22,708 nucleotides of DNA from Amoeboradix gromovi X-113 (Eukaryota; Fungi; Sanchytriomycota), in the NCBI GenBank assembly GCA_018985225.1, contig JADGIF010000080.1, positions 1-22,708 on the forward strand. The letters are read 5' to 3'. Each line of letters starts with the position of its first letter. Position 1 is the first letter of the stretch. Position numbers and translations under genes: made by a program. The notes beneath the pieces are model-generated. The model did no database searches and was not told where the DNA came from. It was given only the letters and a program-made list of their open reading frames with translations. This document shows positions 8,998-15,720 of this stretch, piece after piece.

Positions 8998-10041
8998 ATG
9001 CGTCATGTCTTAAGAACGAGATACTCAAAAGAATTACTTGATAATTGAATTCCATCAAAATATGATACGAATCTTCATGTTCCTATTCTTTATGAACAAC
9101 CCAAAAAGAAATTGAAAACTGTTAAAGATCTTAAGACCAAACAAGAGATTGATGAGAGATTTGAGATTTTTAAATTCGTTGATACAAGCACATGGGACAT
9201 CAAATATAAAAACTGGACTAACTTTCTGCAACAACTTGGAACATTATTTCAGCTTTATTAGTTTTATGGATTTAAGAGGCGAGTGGACATTCAGCTAGTT
9301 GACGAGTATAAAAGGAAAATAAATAACTTTTTGTACAGCTATTCTCTTACTCTTTCGTTTAGTCTTTATTTCAAATAAAATATCACTATTACTCTTCAAA
9401 GAAATAGATAAGAGTAATGATGTTAGTATAGCATTACAAAGTGACTCTAGAAAAGAGTACCGTCTAAGACGATGCACCTTTTGCTTAGATGCTCAAAGAC
9501 CTCATCTACTTTTATTTTGAAGAGTGGATTGAAAGTAATGAAAGAAAATTGGTATAATAGAAGATCTTTTATTAATGATAGCATTTCCTCCGTATGGAGC
9601 ACCTTCGAAAACGAGTTAGTCTAGCTTTTATATTTGGTGTCCCATTTAATCTAGAAATGGTTCTAGGGTTGTCATATGCCAAACAAGATGTTAGAGAGTG
9701 AAATAGTATGGTTAGTGATTTACTATGGTGCTTGCAGTTATAAGCATGATAGAAAGTGCCATTTTAGGATCTCAATAAAAAAATTCTATAAAAGATATTG
9801 TATTTGCATATTCTTGAGTTTAACACAACCAAAGAGCGCTTAAATCTCTTGAATTTGATGGAGAGTACAGAAGCACTCAGCGATATCATATAGAGCCAAA
9901 GGTTACGCCATTGTGGTTGTGGACAGAGATGGGAATGCATGTTGTAATAATCTTCAAGTGGTAGATAGTTTGCTAGCGAATGGTGAGAGGCCAGGTTGGC
10001 AACAAAGGATCACTGATAAAGTAGTTTCGCCTATTGCCTAG
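8998..10041 (+). pseudogene. Decayed Fanzor1-like (eukaryotic TnpB) nuclease, remnant A, interrupted by a TIR element
   Basis: Frameshifted fragments in the expected order: ERFEIFKFVDTS (RuvC-I-like, ~9160-9190), LVIYYGACSY..KKFYKR (~9715-9795), HILEFNTTK (RuvC-II, ~9810-9835), VVVDRDGNACCNNLQVV...NGERPGWQQR (RuvC-III plus the Fanzor1-type RP tail, ~9915-10010). Stop at 10039-10041. The 5' boundary is approximate. Confidence 0.75.
9194..9643 (+). mobile_element. Non-autonomous TIR element copy 1 (450 bp) retaining the 3' end of a Fanzor-like ORF
   Basis: ~30-bp TIRs GGGACATCAAATATAAAAACTGGACTAACT and AGTTAGTCTAGCTTTTATATTTGGTGTCCC. Homologous to 14768-15061 and 22565-22708. Internal FKRRVDIQLVDEYK and KEYRLRRCTFC. 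The flanks ACAT and ATTT do not match each other. Confidence 0.9.
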
Positions 10042-10053
10042 GTGAAGAAATAT

Positions 10054-10136
10054 GGGACACTACTGTGAAAATTTCAACTGGGTAAATTTCGTCACTCGCT
10101 TTTTACCCCTAGTCTAGTTTTTACAGAGCATGTCCC
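10054..10136. mobile_element. 83-bp mini TIR element related to the GGGAC family
   Basis: ATAT|GGGACA...TGTCCC|ATAT, with imperfect ~22-bp TIRs. The right end shares TAGTCTAGTTTTTA..TGTCCC with the larger copies. Internal hairpin GGGTAAA/TTTACCC. Confidence 0.7.
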
Positions 10137-10140
10137 ATAT

Positions 10141-10639
10141 ATGAAATCAATGACTGGCAAGATAAAATTCTCTAATTCCTATTTCAAAGACAAGAGAAGA
10201 GCTAAACAGTCCTATTGGAATAAAGATCATCAAAGAAGAAATACTTATTGGAAGCTGGTAGTTATGTTCATTGTATTGGGAATCCACAGTTCAAAATAAA
10301 CTTATAATGTATGCATTATGTAATAGATCTAGAGTTGTTATTACACCAGAATTTAGAACCTCAAAGTTGTGTTGCAAGTGTCATCAAATCTTAACAAAAG
10401 AAACAATATCATTTGATGGTCAACGACAACTTTTGTTTAGAAATTTCCTCTTTGTATTTAATAGAGACATGAATGCATCTATAAGAATAGAAGAAGCTGT
10501 AAACTGTTATTGTAGCACCTCCAGGAAATTTGAATGGCAAGGAATGAACTTTGAAGCAACGATCCTTTGGGACACCCACAGCGTCCATCAAGAAACCCCT
10601 ATTCAATGTAATGCGTTGCATTTCTCAGATAAAGAATAA
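10141..10639 (+). pseudogene. Decayed Fanzor1-like nuclease, remnant B (C-terminal part)
   Basis: KIKFSNSYF.., ILIGSW*, then RVVITPEFRTSKLCCKCH (RuvC-II E plus the first CxxC) and FNRDMNASIRI (RuvC-III). The second CxxC is missing, and there are upstream frameshifts and a stop. Confidence 0.8.
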
Positions 10640-10655
10640 TATAAATTTATTTAAC

Positions 10656-11303
10656 TTAGCATGAGCAATAGCTAGATTCTGTAGAAGGCCGATTAAATTG
10701 TATGCTTCTTACACTTCTCAAACTAGATGATCTCTTAACCTTCTTAGACAGCGATGGAATTATTACTCCAAGCAACGTCTGAAACACTTCGTTGATATTC
10801 AAATTAGTTTTCGCACTTACTTCGACATAAGTTGCGTTAATAGACTCTGCATATTTTGTGGCCTCTTGTCTAGTTATTTCTCTTTTTTGGTCTGATTTAT
10901 TTCCAACAACTACAATAGGAACACTAGGACAGTAAGCCTGCAACTCTTTATACCATTTATCAAGAGAAGTAAATGTTTCTTTATTACTCAAATCAAACAC
11001 TAATAAAACACCTTGTGCATTCCGGTAATACGAACTTGTCAGTTTGCTGAACCTTTCTTGACCAGCTGTATCAAAGCAGCATAGTTTGTAAGTCTTTTGA
11101 GCTTCAGAGACAGGTCCAACAACTTTCGGCGATAGTTCTTTGTCCTTAATTTCAGTTTCTTGATATTGAACCATTTTTAATTTGAAATCCACACCAATAG
11201 TAGTTATACTTTCATCTGTGAAGGTGTTTTCCGTAAACCTTAGCAATATGGACGATTTACCGGCATTGCTGTTTCCTATTAGCAGTATTTTTAGAGTTTC
11301 CAT
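10656..11303 (-). CDS. RAB18: Rab GTPase, Rab18-like
   Basis: TLKILLIGNSNAGKSSILLRFT, TIGVDFK, DTAGQERF..LTSSYYRNAQG, VGNKSD and EVSAK, with a C-terminal CSC prenylation motif. The N-terminus best resembles Rab18. Start ATG at 11303. Confidence 0.85.
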   Translation of the reverse strand: METLKILLIGNSNAGKSSILLRFTENTFTDESITTIGVDFKLKMVQYQETEIKDKELSPKVVGPVSEAQKTYKLCCFDTAGQERFSKLTSSYYRNAQGVLLVFDLSNKETFTSLDKWYKELQAYCPSVPIVVVGNKSDQKREITRQEATKYAESINATYVEVSAKTNLNINEVFQTLLGVIIPSLSKKVKRSSSLRSVRSIQFNRPSTESSYCSC

Positions 11304-12015
11304 TTGTAGTTCAGTTTTAGAAGACGTTTGAAAATTTATAAATCGGTTAGAGCCAATCACATTGTAGCGAAGTAAATTAGTACTAGGAATTCATGGGGGC
11401 CAATGTAAAAACTGGATTCATTAACTTTAACCGAATTGCCACACAAGTCGTTGGCTAGACATTAGGCTGAGTACTTGTACTGTCATTTCATTTCTATCAA
11501 CCTGACATTTATTCTTATTCGCAGAGATTCTAAGGCTTCAATGACGTGGTAAATTGCTTTAATAACATTTTAATTTGGCTAGGTAGGTTTAGAAGTAGTT
11601 TGGGCGTCATTGTATAGTCGCATAACATTTCCGTTTCGTTGCAGTCTTTTTACTTTGAAGGCACATTATCTTCGGTAGTGAAATGTTCTAATGGCTTCTG
11701 TTAATTACACTCTTGTAGACCAATGTAAACCAAAGTATTTATCGTTAATTCTGTTCATGTGTACATAAATACCTGACTTCAGAACGCCGGGTTATTGTTT
11801 TCTATTGCAACGGAATTCAGGTCCAGCACAATAGCATTTAGCAGCCTCTCAAAGGTCCAAGCTAGCACCAGTAGCATTAGATCAAGTTGTCAATTCATGC
11901 TAAAAAAATCGTTAAGTCACAAGAATTCTATTAAGAATAGTGAGACAAGATTGGCAAGCAAGATTTTTTAGCGCATCCCAAATTCAATCACCCACAAATA
12001 TAATGAATAAATTTA

Positions 12016-12381
12016 CTAGAAAATCACAACTGCAAGCGGAAAAAAATGCAACACTACTGAACTCGAAATGCTGACAAAAGATATAGGCTTTTTGCTAGGG
12101 ATAGGCTCTCTTGACCCTAACACTGCCTTTGTAGCTTTGAAAAACTTAGTGGAGGTGTGAACTGAGGTTACATTTGTTCCATTTGAGTAGTATTTGATGG
12201 TCACATCAGCATCTACCGGCACTGTATCATTGAAGCTAGTACTATTAGACCATTGCGTGGTTGGTGTTGGTAATGAAGTATCAGAGTTAGGATACTGTAC
12301 AGCATTTATGGTGCCTATTGCACCATCGTTTATATCAAATGAGTTATACTGAGCTGAAATAATACATATGAAAAAATACAT
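12016..12381 (-). CDS. Small secreted S/T/N-rich protein with hydrophobic C-terminus (GPI-anchor-like), 121 aa
   Basis: Signal MYFFICIISAQ, NxS/T sequons (NST, NDT, NGT, NVT) and C-terminal SSSVVLHFFPLAVVIF. Confidence 0.7.
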   Translation of the reverse strand: MYFFICIISAQYNSFDINDGAIGTINAVQYPNSDTSLPTPTTQWSNSTSFNDTVPVDADVTIKYYSNGTNVTSVHTSTKFFKATKAVLGSREPIPSKKPISFVSISSSVVLHFFPLAVVIF

Positions 12382-12496
12382 TGTTTTAAATTTCGATAAA
12401 TTTTCAAAAGATTTAACTTGCGCATGACCCAACGTATTCTTGGCATGAGTGTTATCCAATACTAAAGAAAACTATTGAATATCAAATAACGGCTAT

Positions 12497-12751
12497 TTAT
12501 TGAATTAATCCAACGGCTCCTAAAAGTGCAGCAAGAGTGATTAAACTCGGAGTGCCAGCGGCTGAGTCGTCAGAGGTTGGTTTCTTTGTAGACGTCTCAT
12601 TTGTATCAGTGCTGTTGTCAATATTGGTTGAGTTTACTGTAGTTGCGGTAATGTTCGTTGAAGTAGAAGGATCGCTACTGTCTGTAACAATTACAGTACT
12701 GTTGGTAGAGTTTTGTGCAAATAGTAAAGTGAACAATAACAATGAATTCAT
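12497..12751 (-). CDS. Small secreted S/T/N-rich GPI-anchor-like protein, 84 aa
   Basis: Signal MNSLLLFTLLFAQ, six NxS/T sequons, an omega-like DSAAG and a hydrophobic tail LITLAALLGAVGLIQ. Confidence 0.8.
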   Translation of the reverse strand: MNSLLLFTLLFAQNSTNSTVIVTDSSDPSTSTNITATTVNSTNIDNSTDTNETSTKKPTSDDSAAGTPSLITLAALLGAVGLIQ

Positions 12752-12942
12752 GTTTAGAGCTTATGGAGTTATGGAAATTTATACTGTGCACAGATCATTA
12801 ATTTAATGAAATGTGCGAAGGGATGTCGCACACAGCGCCTACGTTAAATGTGAATAATTCGAAAATCATGAAGATTTCAAACCCACACTTCTCAAGTGTA
12901 GACAACTTGGGGAGATACTATTTGAGCATGTTCTTGCCTACA

Positions 12943-13330
12943 TTATTTTGAAGTACTCGGATTGATATCTCTATGGTCTTGGTGACCGCATTGTTGACAA
13001 TGAAACCATCTATCATTGACATTCGCTCGACTTTGATGATGGCATTTGAAGCAAGTTATGGTAGAATAGGCCTCATTAATAATCAATAAACTTTGGCCAT
13101 ACAATTTACATTTATGCGCTAGCCTTTGCTTGGATATGTAATGACGCAACGATTGAATCCTTTCATAACGCTTGCAGCTGCTACAAGTGTTGGACACATC
13201 ATATTGTTTTTGAATGGTCGCAAATCTAACGAACTTTGAGTTCTTTTCATTTCGCATATTCTGATGCGATAAAATTGCTCCAAGTCGTAGATCTGCAAAG
13301 TGTTGAATGGTGACAAAATACCAGTACCAA
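12943..13330 (-). pseudogene. Decayed Fanzor2/IS607-TnpB-like nuclease remnant
   Basis: QSLRHYISKQRLAHKCKLYGQSLLIINEAYSTITCFKCH...WFHCQQCGHQDHRDIN has the RuvC-II E, an intact CxxC..CxxC zinc finger and the RuvC-III RD. Upstream out-of-frame scraps WYWYFVTI and SSLDLRPF resemble WED and RuvC-I. Heavily deleted; the 5' boundary is approximate. Confidence 0.85.
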
Positions 13331-13524
13331 TAAAAAGAAGTCCTGTGATATTGAGAGTTGTTTATTTTTTGTCTTTTTCACTTTCACGCCAGCGGGTTGA
13401 GATGTATGCGAAATGCACAATTTAAGACTACTAAAGTTGAGTTGTTAATTTGTGCGGTAAAACCATAAAATTACTAGAAACTTGCATTTTGAGATTTTCT
13501 AAATAGTTAACATAACATAATTTA

Positions 13525-13854
13525 CTACATTATTAGCGATAATACAAGCATGCAGACAAGCTGAGCTGCACCTGCTTGCACAGTTGAAGAGGTAGCGTCA
13601 CTTCCCTTTATTACTGCGTCATTTGTGCTACTTTTTGAACTCGGAGAATTTGCGTTATCAAGTGCATCTTGTACATTTTTTAAACATGTATCTTTACATG
13701 TTGAAAAGTTGCTGCTGTTTTGGCATGTCGTAGCGCAGTCTGCATCAGATTTGCTAGAATTAACAGCCTGAGTAACCGCATTCTTTTGGCTTTGAACCGC
13801 AGCATTAGTTGCCGCTTCATCAGCAATTGCTAGAATAAAAAAACAATGAAGCAT
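13525..13854 (-). CDS. Small secreted GPI-anchor-like protein with CxxxC..CxxxC motif, 109 aa
   Basis: Short signal MLHCFFILAIA, a four-Cys motif CATTC...CKDTC, an S/T-rich stalk and a hydrophobic C-terminus. Confidence 0.75.
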   Translation of the reverse strand: MLHCFFILAIADEAATNAAVQSQKNAVTQAVNSSKSDADCATTCQNSSNFSTCKDTCLKNVQDALDNANSPSSKSSTNDAVIKGSDATSSTVQAGAAQLVCMLVLSLIM

Positions 13855-13909
13855 GGAGATAGGGGATCCAATGTTTTTAGCGAATTAAGTTGCTACCAAT
13901 AAAATTTCT

Positions 13910-14119
13910 TTATTCTATAGCTAGTAGAAGAGCCCAGGTTGAGATGTAATAATGCATAACTAATGCGGAATATCCACTAGTTTGAGTTTTTCCATTTGAA
14001 TTGGTACTACTAGTTTTGTTTCGAACAGCTGTTGCAATCTTATTCTTGATTTTATTTTTAGTATTCTGCGATATCTTTTGCGCCATGATGGATGAAAATA
14101 AAAGTAGCTCAAATTTCAT
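13910..14119 (-). CDS. Small secreted GPI-anchor-like protein, 69 aa
   Basis: Signal MKFELLLFSSIMAQ. NKIKNKIATAVRN resembles NNIKDKITDAANN of 15121-15462. S/T/N linker and hydrophobic tail. Confidence 0.65.
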   Translation of the reverse strand: MKFELLLFSSIMAQKISQNTKNKIKNKIATAVRNKTSSTNSNGKTQTSGYSALVMHYYISTWALLLAIE

Positions 14120-14767
14120 TCCTCAAGTTATTCTGCCTGATCTTATAAGCTTATCTGTTTTAGAGAAACTTAGAGACGACTAAAAAATGTTTTTTGTGTA
14201 TTGAAATAACACAGCACGGAAATGTTATTTATCACTGAAGCAGCCGTCGTTCTAATCCTATAGTTTGCAGTTTTACTAGTTTGATAGTTTCTCACCGTTG
14301 TGTTGTTTGTCCAATGAACAGCTTGACTAATTCAATTTAGTACAATCATGAGATTTGAACTAAACCCCAAGACCCTGAATACGAGACGGTCTGCGAATGC
14401 TGCTCAAACTGTAATTGAAGGAACTATTGCAAGTGTTTTGTAGAATTAATTGAAATCCAACTATTTATTTCTAACCGCATACTTGTGCTCTTATTTGGTT
14501 TGTACCATGTAGGCAGTCATTGAAAGTGCCTAAGCTCATAGAGAGCTGATGCATGACGTCAATTATGTCAATATTTAAAACAGTTCTTGATAGGTATAAG
14601 ATATCCTGTAGTTAATTCAGGTATCTGAGTAGTTTTCGGAATTAAAAGAAGTGTGATTTCGATTGTGTTAACGGTTACGTGAAACTAATGACCATTTCTG
14701 GGACTTTGCAATGGTGAAAATAGTAGCTGACTAGCAAGATATGATATCGACATAGTAAACACCATCT

Positions 14768-15061
14768 GGGACACCAAATATAAAACCAGACTAACTCGTT
14801 TTTAAAGGTGCACCATACGGATGAAATGCTATCATTAATAAAAGATCTTCTTTCATACCAATTTTCTTTCATTACTTTCAATCCACTCTTCAAAATAAAA
14901 CTAGAAGACCCTGCATCTCGTTCAAATATATGAGGTCTTTGAGCATCTAAGCAAAAGGTGCATTTTCTTAGACGTTACTCTTAAATCCATAAATTAATAA
15001 AGCTGAAATAATGTTCCAAGTTGTTACAGAAAGTTGGTCCAGTTTTTATATTTGATGTCTC
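14768..15061 (-). mobile_element. Non-autonomous TIR element copy 2 (294 bp) with perfect 4-bp TSD ATCT
   Basis: Both TIRs are present, with ATCT at 14764-14767 and 15062-15065. Reverse-complement homolog of 9194-9643 lacking 9279-9457 (AAGAG microhomology). Encodes CTFCLDAQRPHIFERDAGSSSFILK on the minus strand. Confidence 0.92.
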
Positions 15062-15120
15062 ATCTGTTTTGTAACCAGTTTCATCACGTTAATACCATTT
15101 AAAAATAATTACTTTATTAA

Positions 15121-15462
15121 TTATGCAAGATATAGAGCACCAATTGAGACGATGGCGATTCCTGCAACTGTTGTGCTAGCACCCGAGCCGGCGTTGCCTG
15201 TATTTCCGGAATTCGTACTGGAAGAATTTGTGGAAGTTGTATTGTCTCCACTGTTGTCTCCTTCGGTGGAATTGGAAGTCGAGTTATTCGAATCGCCCAT
15301 TCCATTGCCTGTAGTGTTTGCCTGAATCTGGTCTTTTACGTTGTTTGCTGCATCAGTTATCTTGTCCTTTATGTTGTTTGCAATATCTCCTTTATCGGCA
15401 TTTGGATCCTGTTGACCAGAAGATTGTGCAAATAACATCGTTACGAATAATAGCAATTTCAT
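15121..15462 (-). CDS. Small secreted N/S/T/G-rich GPI-anchor-like protein, 113 aa
   Basis: Signal MKLLLFVTMLFAQ, a short amphipathic helix, a low-complexity N/S/T/G stalk, then SGAS and the hydrophobic tail VAGIAIVSIGALYLA. Confidence 0.8.
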   Translation of the reverse strand: MKLLLFVTMLFAQSSGQQDPNADKGDIANNIKDKITDAANNVKDQIQANTTGNGMGDSNNSTSNSTEGDNSGDNTTSTNSSSTNSGNTGNAGSGASTTVAGIAIVSIGALYLA

Positions 15463-15720
15463 GTTTTACAGGAGGCTACTGTTTGTTTTCTTTTTATACC
15501 TACAACCGCCAAGGAGGCCATTTGGACGTGTCAGCTATTTTTGCCAAACTAAACATCTGTTTTTGTCAAGTGCTGCATATCCGGATTGCTGTTTCAATTA
15601 GTCACATGCGCTGTATCCATATGAGTAATATGATTGCTCAAAATATTTTCAACGTTTAAACTCGCACATGCCTCTATATTTTAGATCCAATATATAAATT
15701 CGAATCTATAGTAAGCATTA

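Noticed and set aside
11500-11880. Possible sixth small secreted gene (MLLVLAWTF...) on the minus strand
   Set aside because: Stop after 32 codons and several more downstream; no convincing intron rescue.
8998-13330. An intact, active Fanzor nuclease gene in this window
   Set aside because: All Fanzor-like segments are truncated, frameshifted or internally deleted. Any active copy must be elsewhere in the genome.
14675-14893. 72-aa minus-strand ORF as a stand-alone gene
   Set aside because: It is the tail of the Fanzor-like frame in TIR copy 2 reading through a mutated stop into flanking DNA.
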